Below, piece after piece: positions 21,881 through 31,098 of a stretch of DNA of 64,000 nucleotides (the stretch's first letter is position 1; the number at the start of each line of letters is the position of its first letter). Source of the DNA: Arenicellales bacterium. GTDB lineage: Bacteria > Pseudomonadota > Gammaproteobacteria > Arenicellales > JAJDZL01. The stretch spans positions 2,613,072-2,677,071 of the forward strand of contig OZ220493.1 in NCBI GenBank assembly GCA_965116205.1, read 5' to 3'. Made by a program: the position numbers and the translations under genes. The notes below the pieces were generated by a model. The model was not told the DNA's origin. It did no database searches and saw only the letters and a program-made list of their open reading frames with translations.

Positions 21881-24211
21881 CTAAAACAGCCGCCGCCAGC
21901 CGGCCGTCACTTCAAACTCGGATGGTGCATGCGCATTATGGCCGGGATGGCGCCGATACACGCCTTCTAGCATGAAACCGGCCGTGGCCGACGTTTCATG
22001 CCGCCAGTTGACGGATACATCAATCTGTCGGCCCGTCGGCCTGAGGTCCGCATCCACCTGGGCTCTTAGCACCCTTCCCTCCGGCGTCCGACCCACCGGC
22101 ATAGACATCACCAATGATCCCTTTTCCACGCGCATCGGTTGCGCGATACCCAGTGTGACCCAATTGTTTCTGTCAATCTGACGACTCCCCTGTACCGCAA
22201 AACCGCCGGTCCACACATCACTCATACCAGTGATCACTCCACCACTCACCTGTGGTGTCGATCGACCGATTTCCACCTCAGCCCGCAGACGCCAGTCCGA
22301 CCAGTCGAACACAGTTGTGGCACCGGCCGTAATGGAATGGGTTGCAACACGACCGAACGCCCCGGACGTCTCCGAACCGAGTATCGACGCGCCTTCTCCT
22401 AGCCATGCAATACGAAATGCCAAAGGCAGCGAACGAGTCCTCCAGGACAGCGCCAATCCGGTCATTGGCTGGAATTCTCGAATCGGTGAAGTGGTATACG
22501 CACTCAGTGAAACCCGACTGCTACCTGCGTAGGTAAAACCCATGGCATTTTCCGCCAGAGATAGTGGTCCGATGCCTGAGCCATGGCCGGTTCGCAGAAA
22601 ACCGATCTGCAATTGACCAGCTGACTGATGACCGCCAGCCGCCATGCCGGAAATATCGGTGGCGAATGACAGTATGGACTTCTCATCCGTTCGCGTCTGC
22701 ATACTCCGATCCCATCGGTGCAGACGCTCTGACAGCCGACGGGAGGACCGTTGATGTTGAACAAAAGCGGACAGTTCATGCCAGAAAGGCGCACCCAGTC
22801 GGTCGAACGTCACGATTTCATGATTCATCAGACCGGAACGAAATCCATCGCCGAAGGCCATGCCCAACTTCAGTTGACTACTCTGCAGACTGAAGCCACC
22901 ATCATCAACAGAGTTTCCCAAGGCCAGCGTCTGTTGACCTTGAGGGGAAGTGGCCGCGCCTAAATCCATCAACCCCTGACCATAGGTATCACTGTCCGCA
23001 TAGATGTCGGACTTCTTCGCCGTCGCATACAGTCTCTGCAGCAGTGCGGTGTTGGACAGCTGACCGCGAAAGATGTGCTTCATGACGGCTAGTCCGCCGG
23101 TAACAAAAGGCGCCGCAAATGAAGTACCAAGATAATTACCGTTCGTTGTGCCGCCGAGTACTGCTGCCCTTATATCTCTACCCGGAGCGGCAATACACCA
23201 TTGTGCCGCGATTCCGCAGCGATTCGAAAAATAGGAAATCTCACCCGCCGATGGCCCCTTTGAATCCACCGCAACCACCACGACCGAATGGCTGCGCAAT
23301 TCGGCAATCCTTACCATCAACGCATTACTAAAATGAGGTGAAGATGCAACTATTTTTCCAGAAACACAATTGACAGTGCCAACAGCGCATACGGCTTCAT
23401 TTGCGTTACCGGCTGAGTAAACCAAAATAGTCTTTTCTGAACGGTCGGCCTGCGCTAGAAGCTGGATTCGTGGGGAAATATGTTTTCTCAATTCTGTTTC
23501 ACTGTACTTGGGGTTATCGATCAGTCCACGAGAAGAAAAACTCATATTCAAGAAATCCACCCCATCATTGAAGGCACGGACAATCCTATTTAAAGCACTT
23601 TCAGGACTACTGTAATACACCTCAATGTCCTCATGAGAATACGGCGGAGGAGCTGGTGGTTGTGTCGGATAGGTAATGGTATACATCGTAAAATCAGCCC
23701 CCCAAGCGATGCCACCAAATTTCTTCATCAAGTCCAAACTGGATTGAGGATTCGAAGCCATCACACTGATCACCGCGGTCCCATGTCCAACATCTTTCCT
23801 GCCGTTCGCGAAGTATGCGTTCTTCGAAACGTGTTCGAATACCGTATGGTCCAGATCAATACCATTATCAATCACACCGATTTTGATTCCTTCACCCGGC
23901 CGCAACGTCGGAGTGCGCGCCGGGTCAGATGAACCACCACCTCTGGAGGACTCCAGATTGACATAGGCTTCATCAGCCTTGATCAAACCCAATGCCGGTT
24001 GATTGGTAAATCTCATTTGTGTTCGATAATTCTGCCTGATCGTGTTGCGCTGGGCCGAAGTCAGGGGTTGAAATACCAGCAACGTAGACGGATTCACCTG
24101 GACGGGGGGGGGCACCGGATCGGGGTTGGCTTGACCCACACTGGAACCACCACCGCCTCCGCAGCTGGTGACCAGAGAACTCAGAATAACAATGATAGTA
24201 AATCTGCTCAA
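21881..24211 (-). CDS. Subtilisin-like (S8) serine protease lipoprotein with a C-terminal outer-membrane beta-barrel (autotransporter-like)
   Basis: Lipobox LVTSC followed by GGGGGS. Catalytic D (GVIDNGIDLDH), H (GHGTAVISV) and S (GTSFAAPFVTGG). The C-terminal ~270 aa have alternating hydrophobic pattern and end in ...GWRRLF. TTG start. Confidence 0.85.
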   Translation of the reverse strand: MSRFTIIVILSSLVTSCGGGGGSSVGQANPDPVPPPVQVNPSTLLVFQPLTSAQRNTIRQNYRTQMRFTNQPALGLIKADEAYVNLESSRGGGSSDPARTPTLRPGEGIKIGVIDNGIDLDHTVFEHVSKNAYFANGRKDVGHGTAVISVMASNPQSSLDLMKKFGGIAWGADFTMYTITYPTQPPAPPPYSHEDIEVYYSSPESALNRIVRAFNDGVDFLNMSFSSRGLIDNPKYSETELRKHISPRIQLLAQADRSEKTILVYSAGNANEAVCAVGTVNCVSGKIVASSPHFSNALMVRIAELRSHSVVVVAVDSKGPSAGEISYFSNRCGIAAQWCIAAPGRDIRAAVLGGTTNGNYLGTSFAAPFVTGGLAVMKHIFRGQLSNTALLQRLYATAKKSDIYADSDTYGQGLMDLGAATSPQGQQTLALGNSVDDGGFSLQSSQLKLGMAFGDGFRSGLMNHEIVTFDRLGAPFWHELSAFVQHQRSSRRLSERLHRWDRSMQTRTDEKSILSFATDISGMAAGGHQSAGQLQIGFLRTGHGSGIGPLSLAENAMGFTYAGSSRVSLSAYTTSPIREFQPMTGLALSWRTRSLPLAFRIAWLGEGASILGSETSGAFGRVATHSITAGATTVFDWSDWRLRAEVEIGRSTPQVSGGVITGMSDVWTGGFAVQGSRQIDRNNWVTLGIAQPMRVEKGSLVMSMPVGRTPEGRVLRAQVDADLRPTGRQIDVSVNWRHETSATAGFMLEGVYRRHPGHNAHAPSEFEVTAGWRRLF
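24104..24112 (-). repeat. C9 homopolymer (G9 on the + strand) inside the S8 protease coding region, encoding PPP at codons ~34-36
   Basis: The direct read is gacGGGGGGGGGcacc. On the coding strand it reads GTG CCC CCC CCC GTC. Confidence 0.95.
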
Positions 24212-24218
24212 TGAAAAA

Positions 24219-25286
24219 GGCTCTATTCTAAAATTGTATGCGCAGGCGATCAGCAGAAATTGACCGCGGCCCTCAGACAGACCTGGGGACGTCTCCGACC
24301 GCCCTGCCGATTAAGCAGGTGATTCCATCTCAGATAGCTGTCCAGATAGCTGGTGGCGATGCCTCAGAATGGTTTCAGGAACAGTTTGAACTCGCGGTGC
24401 CGGCTGTTCACCGTCTGAATGTGCAGGGGCCCGCGCACCCGTTCGCCGGCGGACTGGTTAATCGCCTCATGACCGACGCCGAGTGCCTGTGCCACGCGCG
24501 GGTAGCAGGGGTTGGCATCGGACACCAGCAGCGCATCCGGCTGAAGCATGGGGCGTAGCCGTTCAATCAGATTGGCCACATTGACGGTCTCCAAGCTATG
24601 GCTGGCCGTCGCACCACTGCGGTCGGTGGCGAACAGCATCGGCACCAGTTCGGCGGACCGTCCGCGGGTTGATGCTTTGCCACCCCGCTTTCGGGGTTCG
24701 CGTGCGGCGGCTGTCCGCTGGTTGTGCTGGCCCTTGAAGCTCCGTAGCATGAAGGTTTCATCGGCCTCGACGATACCATCCAGCCGGTCCGGCGACTGCT
24801 CGACGGCGGCCAGGAAACGGTGGCGCCATTGAAAGGCCGTACCGACCGCAATCTCGCACTGTTCGGCCGCGGTGCGCACACTGACACCTTGGGCCAGGCA
24901 GGCCCCGAAATCCAGCCAGCGTTCCTTGTGATGCAGACCTTGCAGCGGCGTGCCGGTGACCGCGTTGAACGTCCGCCGGCAAGCCTTGCATTGGTCGCGG
25001 CGAAGACCATTGTTTCGCCCGCGCGCGATCGCCCCAGGTGCTTGGCAGTGCGGACAGATGCGGGCTTCATCGACACTCATTTCGATGGCCGTAATGGACG
25101 CCTGACCGGTGTCTGAGGCGGTGACCGCCTCGACCACCTGACGCTTTTGTGTCCGGGTCAACTCCTCCAGTTGCGCGAGCAGACCCCGAAATTGCTGATG
25201 TTTCATAAGGTGAATAACTCCAGTAAAATATCCAGTTTTTTAAGTATCTGATATTATACCAAAGCATATATTTTTAGAATAGAGCC
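24219..25286 (-). mobile_element. IS1595-family insertion sequence, copy B (1068 bp)
   Basis: Same IRs as copy A. The two are collinear except for scattered substitutions and the 53-bp segment 24671-24723. Confidence 0.9.
24250..25206 (-). pseudogene. IS1595-family transposase with a premature TGA (ORF 24364-25206; full frame would end at 24250)
   Basis: Codon 281 is TGA (complement of 24364-24366). Copy A has CGA at the equivalent position (20480-20482), and its frame continues ~38 codons further. Confidence 0.8.
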
Positions 25287-25294
25287 ATTGGTTT
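25287..25294. repeat. Right copy of the 8-bp target-site duplication ATTGGTTT
   Basis: See 20327-20334. Confidence 0.85.
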
Positions 25295-25568
25295 TATCAG
25301 TCGGTCAAGTCCTAAAACTACTGGGTCAATTGTAACCGAAATAGAATGATGACAACCTGCTGGGCACTCTCGTCAATTTGAGGGTGCGCCTGAATGCTAC
25401 GGAGGACTAAGATAAGCTGTTGAAATAATGAGATTGACTTAGAACTTACACGAAGTGAGGCTAGTGACCGTGTGAGAATGTCTGCATTTTACTTTTTGCT
25501 GTTTCGCGTTACCATATTATGGAGTTCTTCCTCAAGATTGCAATAAAATAGTAAATTTGGAATGAACG

Positions 25569-25763
25569 ATGGTATCAAAACGTAACACCATGAAAAGATC
25601 TTCACCATTTCCTAACCCAGCAGCAACCTCTAAAAGTACGAAAAAAGAAGCGGCGTCTTCCGGTAGGAAAATAGTACCTAGTACGATGCAGTCCGAGTTG
25701 CGACCCGCCGATCCGACTCGGTATGGCGACTGGCAAATTAATGGCAGGTGCATTGACTTTTGA
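25569..25763 (+). CDS. DUF1674 / SDHAF4-like small protein
   Basis: The C-terminus ...DPTRYGDWQINGRCIDF matches the family signature (PEPTRYGDWERKGRCIDF in eukaryotic SDHAF4). It lies directly upstream of sdhC. The start could instead be the internal ATG at 25590. Confidence 0.75.
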   Translation: MVSKRNTMKRSSPFPNPAATSKSTKKEAASSGRKIVPSTMQSELRPADPTRYGDWQINGRCIDF

Positions 25764-25811
25764 CAGTCGATCATGGAATATCTCATTTAATCAGATAAAA
25801 ACGTTTTTTAT

Positions 25812-26201
25812 ATGGATTCAACGGATCGACCTCTTTCACCCCATATCCAGGTCTATCGGCCGCAACTGACGTCGGTATTGTCTATTCTGCACAGAATCAC
25901 TGGAGTGTTGCTAGGTTTGGGTGCAGTTCTGGTGGCTGTAGGTCTCGCTTCAATGGCCTACAGTCCGGAGTTTTTTACCCAAGCCATTCACCTGCTTGGT
26001 AGTGTTTGGGGGCAATTGTTTCTGTTTTTGTGGACTTTAGTTCTTTTTTATCATTTATGCAATGGAATTCGTCATCTCATCTGGGATGCGGGACACGGAT
26101 TTGAGTTGCACCAGGTCTATAAAAGCGGCTGGGTTGTCATCATCGGCGCGTTCGCATTGACAGCATTCATTTGGACGATTGGTTATACGACCGGTGGTTA
26201 A
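25812..26201 (+). CDS. sdhC: Succinate dehydrogenase cytochrome b556 subunit
   Basis: RPLSPHIQVYRPQLTSVLSILHRITG motif and three TM segments. Confidence 0.92.
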   Translation: MDSTDRPLSPHIQVYRPQLTSVLSILHRITGVLLGLGAVLVAVGLASMAYSPEFFTQAIHLLGSVWGQLFLFLWTLVLFYHLCNGIRHLIWDAGHGFELHQVYKSGWVVIIGAFALTAFIWTIGYTTGG

Positions 26202-26208
26202 TCAATTC

Positions 26209-26589
26209 GTGAGTTATCAATCACCACTCGCAAAAGTTATTGGTTTGGGTTCCGCCAAGGAGGGTGCTTCGCATTGGTGGTGGCAGCGGTTGACTGCTTT
26301 AGCTTTAATACCCCTAACATTGTGGTTCACTTACTCAGTTGCCCGATTGAGCGGACACAACGTATCAGAAGTGTATGCGTGGATGGCATCTCCGGTTACG
26401 TCAACTTTACTGATTGCGTTCATCGTTTCACTGTTCTATCATGCGCAGCTTGGCATTCAAGTTGTGTTAGAAGATTACGTCAATCATGAAGGGCTGAAGA
26501 TTATTTCGATATTGATGGTCAAAGCCATAGCGATCATAAGCATCATCCTGAGTGTCATTTCAATACTGCAGGTTGCCGTATTGGGATGA
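26209..26589 (+). CDS. sdhD: Succinate dehydrogenase hydrophobic membrane anchor subunit
   Basis: [17 protein letters not shown] motif, as in the alphaproteobacterial/mitochondrial-type SdhD. GTG at 26209 is the first start after the sdhC stop. TTG at 26179 is an alternative. Confidence 0.85.
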   Translation: MSYQSPLAKVIGLGSAKEGASHWWWQRLTALALIPLTLWFTYSVARLSGHNVSEVYAWMASPVTSTLLIAFIVSLFYHAQLGIQVVLEDYVNHEGLKIISILMVKAIAIISIILSVISILQVAVLG

Positions 26590-28376
26590 GCATCAGCGCC
26601 TACAAAATCCTTGATCACAGTTACGACGTTGTTGTCGTGGGTGCCGGTGGTGCTGGTCTCCGGGCCACCTTCGGTTGCGCTTTCGAAAATCTATCCACAG
26701 CCTGTATCACCAAAGTATTTCCAACTCGCAGTCACACTGTCGCGGCACAAGGCGGCATCAGTGCCGCGCTGGGTAACATGGGTGAAGACGACTGGCGTTG
26801 GCACATGTATGATACTGTCAAGGGCTCGGATTGGTTGGGCGACCAGGACGCTATCGAATATATGTGCCGAGAGGCACCTGACGCAGTTGTCGAACTTGAA
26901 CACTATGGCGTACCATTCTCCAGAACCGATGATGGGCGAATTTATCAACGCGCTTTCGGCGGAATGACTACCCATTATGGTGAGGGGCAGGCTATGCGAA
27001 CCTGTGCTGCGGCGGACCGAACCGGCCATGCCATGTTGCATACGCTATACCAACAGGCACTCAAACATCAAGCTGAATTCTATCTCGAATATTTTGCCAT
27101 CGATCTGCTAATGGACAATGACGAGTGTCGTGGAGTTCTCGCCTGGTGTTTTGAAGATGGCACCTTACACAGATTTCAGTCGAAAATTGTGATTTTAGCT
27201 ACCGGTGGGTATGGACGCGCCTATTTTTCCTGCACTTCAGCACACACCTGCACTGGTGACGGCAACGCCATGATCTTGCGCGCCGGACTGCCTTTACAGG
27301 ATATGGAATTCGTCCAATTTCATCCGACCGGCATTTATGGCTCCGGTTGTTTGATCACCGAAGGTGCCAGAGGTGAGGGCGGCTATCTGACCAACGCGGA
27401 TGGTGAGCGATTCATGGAACGCTATGCACCGAATGCCAAAGACTTAGCATCAAGAGATGTTGTTAGTCGCTCCATGACGATGGAAATCAATGCCGGGCGT
27501 GGTGTTGGCACTGAACACGACCACATTCATCTACACCTTGAACACCTCGGGCCGGATGTGATTCAGGAGCGGTTGCCCGGCATCACGGAAACTGCCAAAA
27601 TATTTGCCGGCGTCAATGCCACCCGGGAACCGATACCCGTCATTCCAACGGTGCACTATAACATGGGTGGCATTCCAACCAATTACAAAGCCGAGGTGGT
27701 CACCCGAAAACGTGGTGACAATGATAGGGTAATTCCCGGTTTGATGGCTATTGGTGAAACCGGCTGTGTCTCGGTACACGGAGCGAATCGTCTCGGCTCT
27801 AATTCTCTGCTGGATCTAGTGGTATTTGGAAAATCAGCTGCTCGGCGTGCCAAGAAACTGCTGAAGAATGATGAGCGCCGCCGCTCACTGCCTCGAAACA
27901 TTGAAGAGCCGGCACTAGATCGATTTGATCGAATCCGTTACAACCAAGGTGGCAGCCGCACTGCTGAAATTCGTCTGGAAATGCAAAAAATTATGCAACG
28001 GTATTGTGCAGTATTTCGAACTCAGGAGCTATTGGAAGAAGGTAGACATCGACTTTTCGAAGTCTGGCAACGACTCGCCGATGTTTCAGTTACCGATCGT
28101 TCTCTGATCTGGAATACTGATCTTGCAGAAACCTTGGAATTGGATAATCTGTTACGCCAATCTCTAGTGACGATCAACTCGGCGGCCAATCGTCAGGAAA
28201 GTCGTGGGGCACATGCTAGAGAAGATTGTCCGGATCGAGATGATGTCAATTGGATGAAGCACACATTGGCCTGGTTGACCGATGCTGGTGAAGTCAATAT
28301 CGAATATCGACCAGTTCACCAATATACATTGACTGACGATGTACAGTTTATTGCCCCCAAGGCGCGTGTCTACTAA
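26586..28376 (+). CDS. sdhA: Succinate dehydrogenase flavoprotein subunit
   Basis: [17 protein letters not shown] fold, SHTVAAQGG (covalent FAD histidine context). 596 aa. Confidence 0.97.
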   Translation: MSISAYKILDHSYDVVVVGAGGAGLRATFGCAFENLSTACITKVFPTRSHTVAAQGGISAALGNMGEDDWRWHMYDTVKGSDWLGDQDAIEYMCREAPDAVVELEHYGVPFSRTDDGRIYQRAFGGMTTHYGEGQAMRTCAAADRTGHAMLHTLYQQALKHQAEFYLEYFAIDLLMDNDECRGVLAWCFEDGTLHRFQSKIVILATGGYGRAYFSCTSAHTCTGDGNAMILRAGLPLQDMEFVQFHPTGIYGSGCLITEGARGEGGYLTNADGERFMERYAPNAKDLASRDVVSRSMTMEINAGRGVGTEHDHIHLHLEHLGPDVIQERLPGITETAKIFAGVNATREPIPVIPTVHYNMGGIPTNYKAEVVTRKRGDNDRVIPGLMAIGETGCVSVHGANRLGSNSLLDLVVFGKSAARRAKKLLKNDERRRSLPRNIEEPALDRFDRIRYNQGGSRTAEIRLEMQKIMQRYCAVFRTQELLEEGRHRLFEVWQRLADVSVTDRSLIWNTDLAETLELDNLLRQSLVTINSAANRQESRGAHAREDCPDRDDVNWMKHTLAWLTDAGEVNIEYRPVHQYTLTDDVQFIAPKARVY

Positions 28377-28393
28377 CTGCTCACTTGATAACA

Positions 28394-29173
28394 ATGGCAA
28401 AGATCTCACTGCCCAAAAACTCAGTCATCGGTCGCGGCCGTTCATTCGTAGCTGATCAAACTGTCACCCATCTTAAGCAGTTCAAAATCTACCGCTGGAA
28501 TCCAGAAGATGGTAACAATCCTACCATTGATACCTATGAGTTGGACTTGGATAAATGCGGACGTATGGTACTGGATGCATTGATCAAAATTAAAGATGAA
28601 GTAGATTCAACACTCACCTTTCGCCGTTCCTGTCGTGAAGGAATCTGCGGGTCCTGCGCCATGAACATTGATGGCACTAATACCTTAGCCTGCATCAAGC
28701 CGATTGAAGAAATCAGCGGTGCCGTAAAAATTTATCCGTTACCGCATCTGCCGGTGCTCAAAGACCTGGTGCCTGACATGACGCATTTCTACGCTCAGTA
28801 CGCGTCCATCAAACCATGGTTGCAGAAACGTTCACCTTCGTCAGCCGGCCGGGAACACCTTCAGTCGGTTGCCGAACGCGCTAAACTGGATGGACTTTAT
28901 GAATGCATTCTCTGCGCCTGCTGTTCCACTAGTTGTCCCAGTTATTGGTGGAATGGCGATCGTTATCTCGGCCCCGCCATTTTATTACAAGCGTATCGTT
29001 GGATTGCTGACAGTAGAGACGAAGCCATTGGCGAGCGGCTTGACGAGCTTGAAGACCCGTACCGACTGTATCGATGTCATACGATTATGAACTGCACCAA
29101 TACCTGTCCCAAACATTTGAATCCGGGTAAAGCGATTGCTGAAATCAAGAAGTTAATCGCTCTTCGTTCGTGA
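28394..29173 (+). CDS. sdhB: Succinate dehydrogenase iron-sulfur subunit
   Basis: [27 protein letters not shown] and [12 protein letters not shown] cluster motifs. Confidence 0.96.
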   Translation: MAKISLPKNSVIGRGRSFVADQTVTHLKQFKIYRWNPEDGNNPTIDTYELDLDKCGRMVLDALIKIKDEVDSTLTFRRSCREGICGSCAMNIDGTNTLACIKPIEEISGAVKIYPLPHLPVLKDLVPDMTHFYAQYASIKPWLQKRSPSSAGREHLQSVAERAKLDGLYECILCACCSTSCPSYWWNGDRYLGPAILLQAYRWIADSRDEAIGERLDELEDPYRLYRCHTIMNCTNTCPKHLNPGKAIAEIKKLIALRS

Positions 29174-29448
29174 TTGTTCCGACGATTGATAACGCCACTC
29201 GCAAGAACAAACTGCGGTGGCGCTGTAGACGCGGAACTCTTGAATTGGAACTGTTGCTCCTGCGCTATATCAACACACACTACGACTCACTGTCGACTGA
29301 CGAAGTTGATCTCCTGCAGGAATTTATTGAGTTGGAACATGGCCGGTTGGATGATTGGCTGCTGAATGGAAAAAAGCTTTATGAAATGAATAAATTCCAT
29401 TACCTAGTACAAGCCGTACTGAATACCGAACCAATAGAAACAAAATGA
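29170..29448 (+). CDS. sdhE: FAD assembly factor SdhE (SDHAF2/YgfY family)
   Basis: [12 protein letters not shown] (RGxxE) motif. 92 aa. GTGA overlap with sdhB. Confidence 0.85.
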   Translation: MIVPTIDNATRKNKLRWRCRRGTLELELLLLRYINTHYDSLSTDEVDLLQEFIELEHGRLDDWLLNGKKLYEMNKFHYLVQAVLNTEPIETK

Positions 29449-31097
29449 CCAATCTACCCGCAAAAATAGGCCACGGAAAGTTGTTGTTGGAACTTCCTGA
29501 ATATAACAAAGGTACGGCATTCACGTACCGCGAACGTTGCGAAAATGGATTGTTGGGAATGATGCCTTACAGTCAGGAATCGCTCTCGTTACAGGTAGAC
29601 CGTGCTTACCGTGCCTATACTCGGAAAGATTCTGATCTCGAAAAACATATTTTTCTACGTCAGTTGCAATCGATCAACGAAACACTTTTCTTTCAGTTGA
29701 TTATCGACCACAGCATTGAAATGTTACCGGTCATCTATACGCCAACAGTTGGTCAAGCCTGTGAATTGTTTTCAGAGATTTACCGAAAACCATTCGGTTT
29801 GTTCCTCAACTACATGGAAAAACAGCATATGGAACAGATTCTCAACAATGTAGCAAAAGATGATATTGACATCATTGTCATCACCGATGGTGAGGCAATT
29901 TTAGGAATTGGTGACCAAGGGGTAGGGGGTATGGGCATTCCAATCGGTAAACTGAACCTGTATTCCGCATTGGGTGGTATTGATCCCCAAAAGACGTTAC
30001 CTATTATTTTGGATGTTGGTACGGACAATGAAAAACTACTGAATAGTGGGTTTTATGTGGGGTGGAAGCATCCCAGAATTCGGCATCAAGAGTATGACGA
30101 TTTTGTCGAACTCGCACTGAGTTCGATCCATAAGAAGTGGCCGCATGCCGTTATTCAGTTCGAAGATTTCGCCGCCACCAACGCGTTGAGAATATTAGAA
30201 AAATATGCGCACCGATTGTGCTGTTTTAATGATGACATTCAAGGTACGGCAGCAGTGACCGTCGGTTCCTTAATCGCCGCCAGTCGACGATCTGGGCACC
30301 CACTGAAAGACTCTAACTTTGTTATTCTAGGTGCAGGTGCCGCCGGTGTCGGTATTGCAGGAGGCATCACCGCACAATTGGTGAGTGAAGGACTGGATGT
30401 GCAGGCAGCGCGGCGGCGCATTTACATGCTCAATCGTCACGGTTTGATTCGTCGAGATTCATCTTCTCTTCGCCCCCAGCAACAGCCGTTTGCGCAGTCT
30501 TCAGACCATTTGAATGATTGGCAGGGTGATGATGGATTAATGAGTGTCGTACGTAACATCAAACCCGAAATCCTGATCGGCGTGTCGGGTCAACCTAATT
30601 ATTTTTCTGAAGATATTGTTCGCGAAATGGCTAAACATTGTCAACATCCTTGTATTTTTCCCTTATCCAATCCAACATCAAAAACAGAAGCTGTACCATC
30701 GGACCTTCTCAAGTGGACGGATGGGCGAAGCATCGTCGCGACCGGCAGTCCATTTGAGGCGGTGCATTATGGCGGTGTCAGATATGAAATTGCGCAGTGC
30801 AATAACGCTTATGCCTTTCCTGGAATTGGTTTGGGACTCAGTGCGGCCAAAGTCAAAAGACTCACAGAAGAGATGCTCAATGCCGTTGCCAGCGTCATTG
30901 GCAACGCCCAGACCAGTTTTGAACAGGTCGGCAGTTCCATCTTACCGCCGCTTGATTCGATACGCGATCTCAGTCGGAAAATTGCCATCGAAATCGTGAC
31001 CATCGCCATGCAGCAAAATTTGACTGAGTGTCAACTCCGGGGCACAGTTGCCGAAATGATTGATGGCAAAATATGGCACGCAGCCTATAGAGAATGA
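29445..31097 (+). CDS. maeA: NAD-dependent malic enzyme
   Basis: VIYTPTVGQACE, ITDGEAILGIGDQGVGGMGIPIGKL, FNDDIQGTAAV and LSNPTSKTEA motifs. ATGA overlap with sdhE. Confidence 0.93.
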   Translation: MTNLPAKIGHGKLLLELPEYNKGTAFTYRERCENGLLGMMPYSQESLSLQVDRAYRAYTRKDSDLEKHIFLRQLQSINETLFFQLIIDHSIEMLPVIYTPTVGQACELFSEIYRKPFGLFLNYMEKQHMEQILNNVAKDDIDIIVITDGEAILGIGDQGVGGMGIPIGKLNLYSALGGIDPQKTLPIILDVGTDNEKLLNSGFYVGWKHPRIRHQEYDDFVELALSSIHKKWPHAVIQFEDFAATNALRILEKYAHRLCCFNDDIQGTAAVTVGSLIAASRRSGHPLKDSNFVILGAGAAGVGIAGGITAQLVSEGLDVQAARRRIYMLNRHGLIRRDSSSLRPQQQPFAQSSDHLNDWQGDDGLMSVVRNIKPEILIGVSGQPNYFSEDIVREMAKHCQHPCIFPLSNPTSKTEAVPSDLLKWTDGRSIVATGSPFEAVHYGGVRYEIAQCNNAYAFPGIGLGLSAAKVKRLTEEMLNAVASVIGNAQTSFEQVGSSILPPLDSIRDLSRKIAIEIVTIAMQQNLTECQLRGTVAEMIDGKIWHAAYRE

Positions 31098-31098
31098 A

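Larger units (their letters stand above)
20335..25286 (-). mobile_element. Composite transposon: IS1595-family copy A, S8 protease gene, IS1595-family copy B
   Basis: Two direct IS copies share terminal inverted repeats GGCTCTATTCTAAAA.... The outer flanks share an exact 8-bp duplication and the inner flanks do not match. The cargo gene is visibly GC-rich relative to the backbone. Confidence 0.85.
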
